Positions 51,149-63,660 of a stretch of DNA of 64,000 bases are shown in pieces. The first letter of the stretch is position 1. Every line of letters begins with the position of its first letter. The notes under the pieces were generated by a model. It did not search any database. It was given only the letters and a program-made list of their open reading frames with translations, and was not told the origin of the DNA. This stretch comes from Carcharhinus amblyrhynchos (Eukaryota): contig OZ336887.1 in assembly GCA_965287045.1 (NCBI GenBank), positions 27,838,001 to 27,902,000 of the forward strand, written 5' to 3'. The position numbers were made by a program, and so were the translations under genes.

Positions 51149-52581
51149 ACACAACTGATAAAATCCTCAGGATAGACAATAAATGCAGCTTTTTTCAATG
51201 TTGTCCTAAGCTTGAGAATACATATAAAAAACATTACTGAGGCATGGTGAGATTAGATTTATGTGGTGCTTGCGACACCAGTTTATCAGGCAGGATTTAT
51301 TCTAAAAGAGATAGAGAACAAATTTACGTATGAAAAAAACCCCATCCCAGTAAATGAGACAAAAAACAAGGTGGAGGATAGATGCATGGATTTGCAGCAA
51401 TTCACTCCAAACCGTCTTCCGCGTATTATTTGCTCACTCTCACAAACTGCAGGTTTGAGTCAAAATGGACTTGCCTGAGTTTGGCGCAGCATTCTGCGTG
51501 AATTTTCTACATGCAGATTGCACTCTCTGAACCTTCCTGACATGTTGCAATAAAGATTTAGCAGTCTGAATTCCACGCCCTTTGTGGGTACTTTTAATCA
51601 ACCGCATTCAGGAAGTTTTGGCTTGCAAAATTCTAACTGATAATACCTCGTTAAAACGTGGTATGTAGCACATAATTTTGTTGACAACTTGGGCAGATAG
51701 AACCCAACCTAGCAGATAATTAAGGTTGACTTTTTGTACTGTGGTGTGGTGTAGCGCAGTTACAGTAACGGTTCTCGGCAATGGAACGGCGGTGATGGTG
51801 AATACATTATCTAAATATAAATCTCATCCCTGTTGTCAAACTCCTGACAAGCTGATGCTAAGTAGTTATTACTGTCAGAAAATAAATAAAAGGCATTCTC
51901 TGCATTGTCGTGCAGGGATAACCGCGCAGCGCTGCTAGTTTATTCTGAAGAGGGGAAGTCGTTATTTGGCTCAGTTTGGAAGCTTTATAAATAAACAAGG
52001 TTAAAAAGGCCTCGCTGCATTCTAAACAGATATACTTTTGAATTTTAATTATCATGGAAGATCTTTGTGTAAAAGACACCGAACTGTGCATACATCTGCA
52101 AACTAATTGTCTTCCGCCACCTCAATCCAAAACCTTCCTAATATTGCAGTATCTGACATGTGGTGCCATTTACTATCAGTATAAATGTCACAATAAAGTT
52201 TGTTACCCTTTTCAATACACAACCTCCGCGATGCTCATCTTCCTTAAGTAAGAAAAAGCTTGAATGCTACAAATGCCACCTAAATGCTGTATTAAAATTA
52301 AAAGGATTAGAACGGAAGAGTTAAAGATTGTGAATCTGTTTCAGGATTTTTGCTGACACCCATAACCACTTGGTGATTTACAGCCTGTTCCAAATCCCTT
52401 TGATTGAATAGCTGCCCCGTAATCCCAGGTATAACATTCGCTTCACGTTGTGTGAGACAAGCTGGTTATTGCTCTTGCGATTCTGTGTACTTACTGTTCT
52501 CTTGTCACCAGCCCAAAAATTTTTTCTACATGGTGACAATGACAACAACGGCGCTGCATTGGTATTGTGATACTCGACTTA

Positions 52582-52828
52582 AGTTTTACTTTATTTGTTT
52601 GTGTCACAAGTAGGCTTACATTAACACTGCAATGAAGTTACTGTGGAAATCCTCTAGTCACCACACTCTGGTGCCTGTTCAGGTTCACTGAGGGAGAATT
52701 TAGCACAGCCAGTGCACCTAACCAGCACATCTTTTGGACTGTGGGAGGAAACCAGAGGAAACCCACACAAACACGGAAAGAATGTGCAGATTCCGCACAG
52801 ACAGCCACCCAAGCTGGGACTAGAACCC
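52582..52828 (-). mobile_element. HE1-related SINE with the alternative tail
   Basis: HE1 core (ggactgtgggaggaaacc) joined to the gtgtcacaagtaggcttacattaacactgcaatgaag tail. Confidence 0.85.
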
Positions 52829-53984
52829 TCCATCAAGGGGTTGGTCCATTTTGGAAACAGCTTTAATGGGATCTTGTGAGGTGTGAGCTATTCAGTTATA
52901 ATTGACACTTAAGTGTTGCCTTTATTTGCCTGGCTTTAAACACTTTGGTTGCAAGTTATGAAAATCACAGGCTCCTGACTGAGGAATGAATCAGAGCTGC
53001 CAATTTGCCCCACTGAATACTTGGAAGCTGCTACAGCACATTTGGGTTGGATAGCATACAAGTGGGTTGCTTTATCACACAGGTTGTAATTGTCATTAAA
53101 GTGTCATTTCAAAGGCATTTTTACGCTGGGCTGGATGAAATAGTAAGGGGATATCATGTCAGTATTTATAAAAGGGATTGGTTGAAAAAGAGTCTTTGTA
53201 ACCTTCTTTTGTCACTGAGAGCATTGAAGTATCAAGACATATCTGATTTGAAAGTCAAAAGTTAATGCATCTATTATCTGTGACCCGAAGGAAAAAGTCA
53301 TATTTTCCAGTAATTAGATTATAAAAATTGAATATGATTTGAAATATTCTTGCACCCTAGCTCCAATCCACCACTGTGACCAGAACTATAATGGAATGCA
53401 CATTTATTTTTCCCCAGAGAATGAAATAAGAACAAAGCATGTTAATTGTTATTTCCATTTTATGTTATTAATTTCAAAGTCAGTTCATTTGCAGTTCTCC
53501 TCTGAAGTACATGATCGAATTTTTTCATTGCCTAACTGTGAAAATGCAGAAACTCTCAGGACTGGACAAAAAACGCAACAGTCATCAAACTGCTGACTTG
53601 TCATTCATTATTACTGAGATGGGAATGTGTTACCAGTGTCAAATCAGCACGCACAATAATCTAAGGTAGTGCCACTTGGAGCATGTTCTTTTCAAACCTC
53701 TTCTGTCAGTACACAAACTTTATGCTGCCCACTCATTTAAATGACTATAGCTAGCAACCAGTGCTACTTGTGGGGTTGAGTGGTGCACATCGGAGGAGGA
53801 AATGCATATTCTGAGGGGATAACATGAGTTAAAGCCAACCTCCAATTCTTAAACCAGAGCTACCTTATAGCTGGAACAGATGCTGGAAGTCATTTCACAA
53901 CTGGTTCTGATAGTTAGGTGATAGGAAAGATAGGAGAATGGTAATACATGGCAGAGTATGAGCTCCAGGATGTTCCACTACTAT

Positions 53985-54470
53985 ACTAGAGGTCTTGGTG
54001 CAGGACATACAAAGGAAGAGGGATGTGGATGCTTCGGAGAGCATGCAAAGAAGGTTTACCAGGATGTTATCTGGTCTGGAGAGTGAGGAGAGGTTGAATA
54101 AACTCGGATTGCTTTCACTGGAAAGACAGAGGCTGTGGAACGGCCTGTTAGAAGTCTATAAAATTATGAGAGACATTTATAGGATGGAGAGTCAGAGGCT
54201 TTTTCCCAGGGTGAAAGGGTCAACTACAAGTGGGCATAGGTTTAAGGGGGTAAACTTAGGGGCGATGAGCTGGGAAAGTTTGTCACCCAAAGGGTGGTAG
54301 GTGCCTGGAACGTACTGCCAGTGGTGACAGTGGAAGCAGGCACCTTAGCAACGTTCAAGGCCTATCTCGATAGACGCATGAACGGGAGGCAATCAGAGGA
54401 ATAGAAACCGCATGTTGGCGTAGGCTTGGTGGGCCTAAGGGCCTGTTTGTATGTTATACTGTTCTTTGTT
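53985..54470 (+). mobile_element. CR1 LINE 3' fragment
   Basis: DVDASESMQRRFTRMLSGL...EVYKIMR...GHRFK peptide and tail gggcctgtttgtatgttatactgttctttgttc. Confidence 0.88.
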
Positions 54471-54509
54471 CAGTTATCCATGGAAAGCCAGGTGACTGCA
54501 GACAAATTT

Positions 54510-54896
54510 GGGTGGCACGGTAGCACAGTGGTTAGCATTGCTGCTTCACAGCTTCAGGGACCTGGGTTCGATTCCTGAGTTAGGTCACTGTCTGTGTGGA
54601 ATTTGCACATTCTTCTCGTGTCTGCATGGGTTTCCTCTGGGTGCTGCAGTTTCCTCCCACAGTCCAAAGATGTGCACATTAGGTTGATTGGCCATGCTAA
54701 AAAAAATGCCCTTAGTGTCCTGAGATGCATAGTTAGAAGGATTAGTGGGTAAATATGCAGGAATATGGGGGTAGTGCCTGGCTGGGATTACGGTCAGTGC
54801 AGACTTGATGGGCTGAATGGCCTCTCTCTGTACTGTGGGGATTCTATGATTCTAATTCTATGATTCTAATTCTATGATTCTAATTCTATGATTCTA
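54510..54896 (+). mobile_element. HE1-type SINE, full length, with tandemly expanded tail
   Basis: gggtggcacggtagcacagtggttagc head, gggttcgattcc B box; (attctatgattcta)x4 at 54841-54896; possible TSD aaatt. Confidence 0.93.
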
Positions 54897-55689
54897 AATT
54901 CTGTGAAGTCACCTGGACCCAGGAGACCTGGATCCAGTGCCGCCATAAGTTCAGTGACCTCACCCAAACTGTCATTGCCAGTGTTCCCTTATCCAGTATT
55001 CCAAAACGCAAAAGGACCCAAAACTTGACTGCATTCAAAACTGGGCAGCAATTTGAAGACAGCGAGCAGAGTACTTCTTTGAGCAGCGTTGGTGGTACCA
55101 GTGTTACCTGTGCAGTTCAAACACTGCTCCTTGTATATACAAGTATTTATCTGTAACACTTTTTAGTGCTGTTTTCGTCTTGGTGAAAAGGTCAGCAAGA
55201 CGTCCTGTGGTTGGCGGGAGGAAGCATCTGTCACTAAACATCAAGCAGAAAGTGGAGTCACTAATGCGTCTAGAGAAGGGCGCCTCAGTGAAAAAAACAA
55301 TAAAATGGTATTGATGCATCAGCCATTTATGATTTAAAGAAGCGAATTGAGCCAAAAGACCCGAATCTGGAAAATCCCCAAATCCAACATGGGTCTGGTC
55401 CTGAGCTCCCCGGATGTGGGATTGATATCTGTATATTCAGGTACCATATTCTAAAAACTGCACCATTAACCTTAGTGACTGCTCAATGCATTACCCCACC
55501 TCCCCCCCCCATCACTCATCTCCCAACAATTTCTATTAATCACAATTAGTGTATAACATTCATAGTTTCATACTTAGCAATGCTACAAGCCTCACACCCA
55601 TGTCTTGCACACTCTGCCAGCTAATATACCATGCAGCACCTCACCCAAACACATTGCACCATACTCACTCACACACTCTCCTCTTTCAC

Positions 55690-55850
55690 ATAGGACATGA
55701 TGCAGCATAAGCAGAAACTGCAACGCTGAATCATTGGGGGGCCATCACCCTTGCATGTCCTTACTGCAGTGAAGGAGATAGCGGTGGGCATCATTGGAGC
55801 AGCTGTGGCAGAAGCTTTGGCCAGCATCGAGGCTGAAGCTATCAAAGAGA
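55690..55850 (+). mobile_element. Remnant exon of a Harbinger-associated Myb/SANT-like gene
   Basis: Acceptor tcctctttcacatag, then DMMQHKQKLQR*IIGGPSPLHVLTAVKEIAVGIIG, equivalent to the TGGG-containing exon at 14965-15075. Confidence 0.5.
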
Positions 55851-56075
55851 GCATCTGCTCATACTTAATCCTTTTCCTCACATCCCACTTAGCCTCACGA
55901 CGTGATCTTTTCTGATTTACAAGCTGCAGATGATGTAAGCATGTCCCTCTGCCACTCTGCACCTCTTCCCTCCTCACCTAACCTATCTTTGTGTCCTTCT
56001 CCATTTGGATGCACAAAATGTCTTCCTCCTTTTAGCGACTTGTCCTCCTTTCTTGTCGTATCTGCTCATTCTCCC

Positions 56076-56899
56076 TGTAATGTGATGAGTCAAGGGTGGT
56101 GCACAAATTAAATTGGGCAAAATGTGCGATGACTTCAACTAGGCACTGGAAGTTGGCCTCTTGGAGCAGGAACTCCCTGATTGAGTTACTACAGGTAGAA
56201 GGAGGCCACCAGGGGAGAGAGCTCTGTTGTATGTTCTAGTAAGATCTGGTGGCAGTGTGCTAGCGCTGTGTATGCAGTTCCATTAGAGCATCATCATCAC
56301 TTTAGCGGAAAAGGACTTCCCCCCCCTCTGGCTGAACATCTGTAAGGTGTAACCCCTGAACTAAGTACCTTTGGAGGATTACAGCCCCCCCTTTCCCCCC
56401 AGCAGGGAAAAACCCAGGAGGCAGTGCCCTGGAGGGCAATGGATATGCTTCAATGTTCATTCTTGGTGTATAGAGTTAGTTTGCTGTGTTGTATTAATGT
56501 TTGTAGATTTGTAAATAATGGGGTGTATTTAGAGGGCAATGTCCTGGAAAACCATAATTGACAATGAACCCTTTCTTAATGGAAGGTAGTAATTGGAGGT
56601 TATTGATATATTGATGGCGTTAGCCATCAGTAATGTATCTTCTGTGTTTGTTTTATTTGTCGGTTTGTATTTGTAATTGTTTTTGTAATAATGTACTCGT
56701 AATAAACAAAATAAATCTCTGATTGAGGTCACAACTGCCTGTCCAATCAGGGAGCCTCACCTGTATTTAAAACTGGGAGTGTCAGGTCTTCTGGCACTCT
56801 GGATTCTAACTGTGTACTAGGAGCATGCTCAAAGTGGAATAGAGTTCCTAAATAAAGGGAATCTGATGAAGGGACACCAGCCTCTGAGGAGTTATTTCA
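56076..56899 (+). mobile_element. Possible solo-LTR-like sequence (perhaps with an internal insertion)
   Basis: TG...CA ends with CCAAT, TATTTAAA and AATAAA in LTR order near the 3' end; no TSD found. Confidence 0.3.
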
Positions 56900-58102
56900 A
56901 AACCCTTGAAGTTAGGATAAAGGCTGTTCAAGCCTTCCCTTGGAGAATTCAGCAACTTTAAACCTCTCTGGACACCTCAAAGCATCTATAGCATTGTAGC
57001 AGCAGCCGACAGAAATCAAGCAGCAAACAATCTGAATGCATCCCTTTAGGAAGTGATGTTTGTTTGCATGCATGTGTGAGTGTGCATGTGGGGAAGGGGG
57101 TGGTCAGGGTGATCCTTCCTGCCACTGAACAAAGTTAAGAGAGGGCATTAGCTGAAGTGTTGAGCTCGATAATGGCAGTGCATGTGTTAAATATCTACGC
57201 TACATATTTCCAGTAGATGTTCCTTTCACACAAGCTCATGTCCTCACTAAAGTGGCATCTGGCACAGCAAGCACAAGGAGCATGCCCACTTTGCTTAGTT
57301 GCCATCTTAAAGGCAAAACAGCACTTATTCACGTTACAACGCAGAGTATCTGGGTGCCAAAGAGTCAAATTTCATAGTCTTTATCTTAACAAAGAACAAA
57401 GAAAAGTACAGCACAGCAATAGGCCCTTCTGTCCTTCAACAAAATGATTTTTAAACAGGAAATAAATGCTTAAAGGCTACTGGTAGAATGTATAATTTCT
57501 AAAATATGACAATATATAAACAGACAATACAGCTGGCCAATGATGGGAGAATATCATTTTTTGCTATCAGTTTATTTCTTCTGTAATCTCTCATTCTGTA
57601 CCACAGCTTTCTTATACAGTTTTTTTTAAAAAACATTTCCTTGTTTGATACAATATTCTGTTATTACAGCTCCCTGGCAAAACAATATATTTCCCATTAT
57701 TGAAGATATTAGAAGTAATATCTATACATCGAGTAGTATGCAGCCAGCATCCCTGTGGCTTCCAGTAGAGTAGCAGTCACAGTGTGACATTGGTAGGCAT
57801 CTATGTGAGACCTTTCTGAATTGGCCTACAGTATTGTTCACTGAGTTTGTGCTCAAGATGGTCTGCCAGCAAATTTGGAGACAAATTCTTAAAGATTATC
57901 TATGTATTAGAGCAAATGACTTCCAGACTAAAACAGGAAGTCCACATTGTATTTGGATTTGTGTTTCTGCAGGCTATGTGTTTTTCAGCTGTTCAGCTTC
58001 TCTTTAAGGGAGGTCGTGGTGTGCCATTTGAAGGCTAATTCATTTACCATTTCACAATGGCGTTTACTGCCTTATAATGTCACGTGGTCATGTTTCATGT
58101 TT

Positions 58103-58287
58103 CATAGAGGTCTATAAAACTATGAGAGGCACAGACAGGGTGGACAGTCAGAGGCTTTTTCCCAGGGTGGAAGTGTCAATTACAAGGGGACATAGGTTCA
58201 AGGTGACAAAAGAAAAGTTTAATATGTGCAGGGGAAGTTTTTCATGCAGAAAGTGGTGGGTGCCTGGAACGCACTGCCAAAGGAAGT
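58103..58287 (+). mobile_element. CR1 3' fragment, left part (continues at 59414-59600)
   Basis: IEVYKTMRGTDRVDSQRLFPRVE...GHRFKV; breaks after tggaacgcactgcca. Confidence 0.85.
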
Positions 58288-59103
58288 CTTAGAGTCATAG
58301 AGGTTTACAGGATGGAAACAGGCCCTTTGGCCTAACTTGTCCATGCCGCCCAGTTTTTACCACTAAGCTAGTCCCAATTGCCTATGTTTGGTCTATATCC
58401 CTCTATACCCATCTTACCCATGTAACTGTCTAAATGTTTTTCAAACGACAAAATTGTACCCACCTCTAGAAAATCTCTGGCAGTTTGTTCCAGATACTCA
58501 CCACCCTCTGGGCTTTTTTGTATCTCTCCCTTCTCACCTTAAACTACGACTTCTAGTTTTAGACTTCCCTACCTTTGGGAAAAGACATTGACTACCTACC
58601 TATCTATCTATGCCCCTCATTATTTTACAGACCTCTATAAAATCATCCCTAAGCCTCCTATGCTCCAGGGAAAAATGTCCCAGTCTATCTGGCCTCCCCT
58701 TATAACTGAAACCATCAAGTCCTGGTAGCATCCTCGTAAATCTTTTCTGCACGCTTTCTAGTTTAATAATATCTTTTCTATAATGGGGAACCAGAAATAT
58801 ACACTGTGTTCCAAGTGTGACCTTACTAATGTCTTGTACAACTTCAACAAGACATCCCAATCCCTTGTTCAGTGTTTTGACCAATGAAACAAAGCATGCT
58901 GAATGCCTTCTTCACCACCCTGTCCACCTGTGATTCCACTTTCAAGGAGGTATGAACCTGTACCCCTAGATCTCTTTGTTCTATAACTTTCCCCAACACC
59001 CTACCATTAACTGAATAGGTCCGACCAAAATTCGATCTACCTCACATTTACGTAAATTAAACTCCATCTGCCGTTCATCAGCCCACTGGCCGAATTGATC
59101 AAC
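58288..59103 (-). mobile_element. CR1 3' fragment nested in opposite orientation
   Basis: PHYRKDIIKLESVQKRFTRMLPGLDGFSYK peptide; tail at 58288-58345. Confidence 0.9.
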
Positions 59104-59109
59104 ATGAAA

Positions 59110-59413
59110 TTTAGTTTATTTATTAGTGTCACAAGTAGGCTTACACTAATACTGCAATGAAGTTACTGTGAAAATCCCCTAGTTGCCCGCACTCCGGTGC
59201 CTGTTCAATACACTGAGGGAGAATTTAGCATAGCCAATGCACTTCATCAGCACGTCTTTTTGGACTGTGGGAGGAAACTGGAGCACCTGGAGAGTGCTCA
59301 TGCAGACACAGGGAGAACATGCAGAATCTGTACAGTTACCCAAGCAGAGAATCGAACCCAGGTCCTTGGCACTGTGAGGCAGCAGTGCTAACTACCGTGT
59401 CACTGTGCTGCCC
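59110..59413 (-). mobile_element. HE1-related SINE with the alternative tail, full length
   Basis: Head gggcagcacagtgacacggtagttagcactgctgcc on the minus strand; same family as 52582-52828. Confidence 0.9.
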
Positions 59414-59600
59414 GTTGTGGTGGAAGCAGGCACATTAGCAACATTTAAGAGGCATGTGCATGGGTATATGAATAGGGAAGGAATAGAGGGATACACTCTG
59501 AGCAAGAGCAGAAGTTTTTTTTAGTTTAGTTAGGGCACCATGATCAGCACAGGCTTGGAGAGCCGAAGGGTCCATTCCTGTGCTGTACTTTTCTTTGTTC
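59414..59600 (+). mobile_element. CR1 3' fragment, right part
   Basis: gtggtggaagcaggcacattagcaacatttaag continues 58103-58287 (compare the intact copy at 54300-54470). Confidence 0.8.
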
Positions 59601-60867
59601 CGTTAACTGACATTCCTTGATTGGTTTTACCTGGTTCGTGACTTCTTTGGACTTTATACATCTAAAGTCACCAAAACGAAACTACTTCCAAAGATATCGC
59701 AATTGTAAATAACAAGCATAATATCATCAGCTTGCCTCCTCACTTTACCGTCAAACACTTCTCTGATTTTTCGGAAAACAGCATTAGAAGTTTACCTGTA
59801 GATTTGGCTAAGTGGTCAGTTTTGCTGCAGCGACGGTTCTGTGATTGAGTTGTGACTGCAATGTTTAATAACCTGTTGTTAATTTAGAAAAAAACCTTTG
59901 TCTACTTAATTTCCTGCTGATTCCTGTAACCACAATGCTACAGATGTTTCAGTTCAAATCCCCCACCCCTGCTGTTTTTAATTCTTCTCGCCCTTTCTGG
60001 TTGAATCCCACTAAAACAAGTTTAATTTTCTTCACCGTCTCACAGATAGGCAAGCGTTTCCCCAGCTGAGGCTTCGATTGAGCTCAGACCTTAATTGTGG
60101 GAAAGAATTGGACACTTTACTTATTTATGCAGACACCAGTCCTTCTCTTTGTTCTGCCGCTGCACAAAGCTTTTTACAAAGGCTCTGAGGTACACTCCTA
60201 CATGCCTGCTGCTTTTCTCCCTCTTCTCAAACCTGAACCGACTCCAAGTTTTTTTTCCGCATAACCCTAAGGCTTTGAACAGTGTCTCTGTTATCTTTAA
60301 ATCATTAAAACTGCCACACTCAATGCTTGTCTTTTCCCTAAACACCACAGCTTGTAACAATAATGAAGCAAAGTCACACATTAATACAATGGGTCCAATT
60401 TTATATTTACAATGTGCATCAGTGCACTAACAAAAATTTGCATAGTGCTTGGAACTAATGTTTGAAGTGCCTGTGTATTCTTCAGTTAGCGGGTTTAAAT
60501 ATTTAACTCAATTTAAGTATTTCTGGCACTTTGCTGTAGCGCTGGTTCTATTTTTGTGCTGATTGTGGAAATGAATCATTATTCCCAGTGCATGAGGTAA
60601 TTTTTTTGACAGATTTCTCCCCTAATCTTGTAAAGGTACTCGTTCGTTGTTGAAGCTGAATCCCATGGATGCCAGGCATCTTCCTAAACCCAACCCACGT
60701 GGTTATTACTCAAGTGTGACTCTTAAATATCGCACATACTACAGCTGAATGCCGGTCTGGCACCAAATATCCACACACTCTCTCAGCCTGTGTCACTGAA
60801 ACTACTGAATAACCATTTTGTGAGTGCAACCTGGCTGATTTGACCCTTCTTTCTGTTAATTAAGGAC

Positions 60868-63140
60868 CGGATTAGCACATGAGAGAGAGATGACCTAAGT
60901 TCAGGAAACTAGGATGTAGAAGCTGTTTGGGTTGAGGTGAGAGGCGGGAGCGATGTACAGATCCCCTGATTGTAACTACATGGCAGGACAAGGTAAAACA
61001 GAAGAGATAATGAGAGCTTTTCAGAAAAGTACGGCGATAATCATGGGGGATTTTAATTGACATAAAGATTGGAAAAATCGGATGGTCAAATGTTCATAGA
61101 ATGTTTCCGGGATAGTTTCTTAGAACAACACATTCCGGAACCAACCTCAGGGCAAGCTACACTAGATCTGGTATTGTGCAATGAGATAGGATTAATTGAC
61201 AACCTTACACTCAAGGCACCCCGAGGTAGCAACGATCATAATGTGATTAAATTTTACATTCAGTTTGAGGGAGAGAAGAGTGCATCCGAGGCTAGATTTT
61301 AAACTTTAATAAGGGCAATTATAAGGGTATGAATGTCGAACAAGCCAAAGTGAACTGACAAATATTTTTAAGTGATATATCAACAGTTGTTCAGCAGCAG
61401 ATATTTAAAGGAATATTCCAGAATAGACACATTCCAATCAGAAAGAAAAATTCCAAAGTGAGGGACTATCATTTGTGGTTAATTAAAAAAAATTAAAGAA
61501 ATATTAAAGAAAAATCATGGCTTGAATTTTCAGGCGGTTCATGCCGGGGGGATTCTCTGATCCCACTGCAGTGAATGGAGATTTGGCTGAGCGTCAAATT
61601 CTCCGTCATTGCTTGCAGCAGGGATGGGGTGCGAACGCCTGGAAAATTCTGGTCTATATATTTGCTGAAAGAAGAGTGGCAAGAAGATTCAGAAAAATAT
61701 AAAGAACATCAAAGACTGACAAAAACGGTTTATAAGGAGCAAAAAACTAGAGTTTGAGGAAAAGCTAGCCAGTAATGTAAAAACGGACAGTAAGAGTTTC
61801 AATGGATAATTAAATAAGAAAAAAGTTAACCAAGTGAGAATTAGTCCCATCCAAAGTGCATCTGGGGATTTGGTCATGTAAAGTCGGCCTATGTAGATGA
61901 ATTAAACAGTAGTTTGCATCTGTCTTCACTACAGAGGATACCGGTAACAACTCATAAATAGCTGTAAGTCAGGAAATGGAAGGGAGGGAGGAATTCAGGG
62001 AAGTTACAATCACCAGGGAAGTGGTACCAAGCAAATTATTGGATCTAATAGCTGCAAAATGCCCTGGTCCTGATGGATTTTGCCCTAAGGTCTTGAAAGA
62101 AGTGGCTAATGAGATAGTTGATGCATTGGTTTTAATTTAACAAAATTCCCTAGATTCGGGAAAGGTTCACTTAGATTGGAAGATAGCAAATTTAACTCTT
62201 TTATTCAAAAAGAGAGGGGAAACAGAAAGCGGGAAACTACAGGCCAGTTTGCTTAGCATCTGTCATAAGGAAAATATTGGAAGCCATTATTAAAGATTGT
62301 AGCAGGACACTGGAAACATTCAAGGCAATTAGGCAGGGTCAACATGGTTTTGTAAAAAGAAATCATGTTTAACAAATTAATTGGAGTTCTTTGAAGGAGT
62401 CACATGTGCTGAGGATAAAGGGGAACTGGTGGATGCACTGCACTTAGATTATTGGAAGGTATTTGATATGGTGTCACATCAAAACTTATTGTGTAAAATA
62501 ACATATTGTGGCGTTGAGGGTGACATATTGACATGGATTAAAGATTGACTAACTAACAGGAAATAGAGAGGTGGCATAAATAGGTTTTGTTCTGGTTGGT
62601 AGGATATGATGAGTGGTATGCCTCAGGGATCAGTATTGGGGCCTCAACGTTTTACAATTTATTTAAATGACTTGGATGAAGGGACTGAATGTATGGTTGC
62701 TAACTTTGTTGATGACACAAAGATAGGTATGAAAGTCAGTTGTGAAGACAATGTAAGGAGGCTACAAAGAAACATAGATTAAGTGAGTGAACACAAATCT
62801 GGCAAAAGAACTATAGTGTGGGTAAATATGAAGTCGTTCAGTTTGGCAGGAAGAATAAAAAAAGCTTATTATCTAAATGATGAGAGATTGCAAAGCTCTG
62901 AGATACAGAGGGATCTGGTGTCCGAGTGCATGAATGACAAAAGGCTAGTATACAGATACAGCAAAACTAATAGAATGCTATAATTTATTTGGGAGAACTG
63001 ATTACATGAGTGGGGAGGTAATGCTTCAGATGTATAAGACATTGGGTGAAATTGCATCTATATTGTGTACAGCATTGTTCCTTATTTAAGGAAAAATGTA
63101 AATGCATTAGAAGCAGTCCAAAGAAGGTTTACAAGACAGG
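60868..63140 (+). mobile_element. Old CR1 LINE (endonuclease plus RT), heavily decayed
   Basis: [44 protein letters not shown] and FVDD motifs with many stops. Confidence 0.92.
61519..61654 (+). mobile_element. MITE inserted in CR1 (unexpanded relative of 9470-11827)
   Basis: Ends ggcttgaattttcagg / cctggaaaattctggtc; flanks cat/tat; core ctgcagtgaatggagatttggctgagcgtcaaattctccg. Confidence 0.8.
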
Positions 63141-63289
63141 CTGCACTTTAACGTGTGCAGTTGTATTCATGAACCATGCATGTAAAAATGGTGGGGGCAG
63201 GGTTTTAGGATGCGACTCTTGGATCTGGGTCTTCACCATTTTCACAAAGACAGATAGCTTTTCCATCCAAGTAAAAATTCAGGCCCTCA

Positions 63290-63660
63290 ACAAGATCACC
63301 TCTTAATGTTTTCAATTCAAAGGAATATAAGCCTAGCAACTTGATATCACTTAACCCTTCTGGCACCTAGATTCATTCTGGTGAATGTGTACTGCATCTC
63401 CTCTAAAGTTAAAATTTCCTTCCTGAAATGTGGTGCTCAGCACTGAATGTAATAAACCAGATGGAGCCTAAGCTGAGCTCTGTTCCATTGTAATGTAACT
63501 TCTATTCCTTTGTATTCCAATTCTCTGAAATAAAGACCAACATTCAATTAGCTTTTTGCATGTTTTTTGTATGTGTCCACGAGTTTTTAATGATTTCTGT
63601 AATAGGATCCCCAAATTCCTCTGCTTTTCCACAGCTCTTTGTTTGCCGCTGTCATATTTA
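63290..63660 (-). mobile_element. CR1 ORF2 C-terminal fragment (decayed)
   Basis: VEKQRNLGILLQKSLK peptide; reverse of the QFW.PH.RK region. Confidence 0.7.

Noticed and set aside
54510-54580. tRNA-like sequences with A and B boxes (also 49578, 13300-13375, 59340-59413)
   Set aside because: They are SINE heads followed by SINE core and tail, not tRNA genes.
56862-56895. CTGATGA motif as a further hammerhead
   Set aside because: No GAAA box at the right position and no convincing stems.
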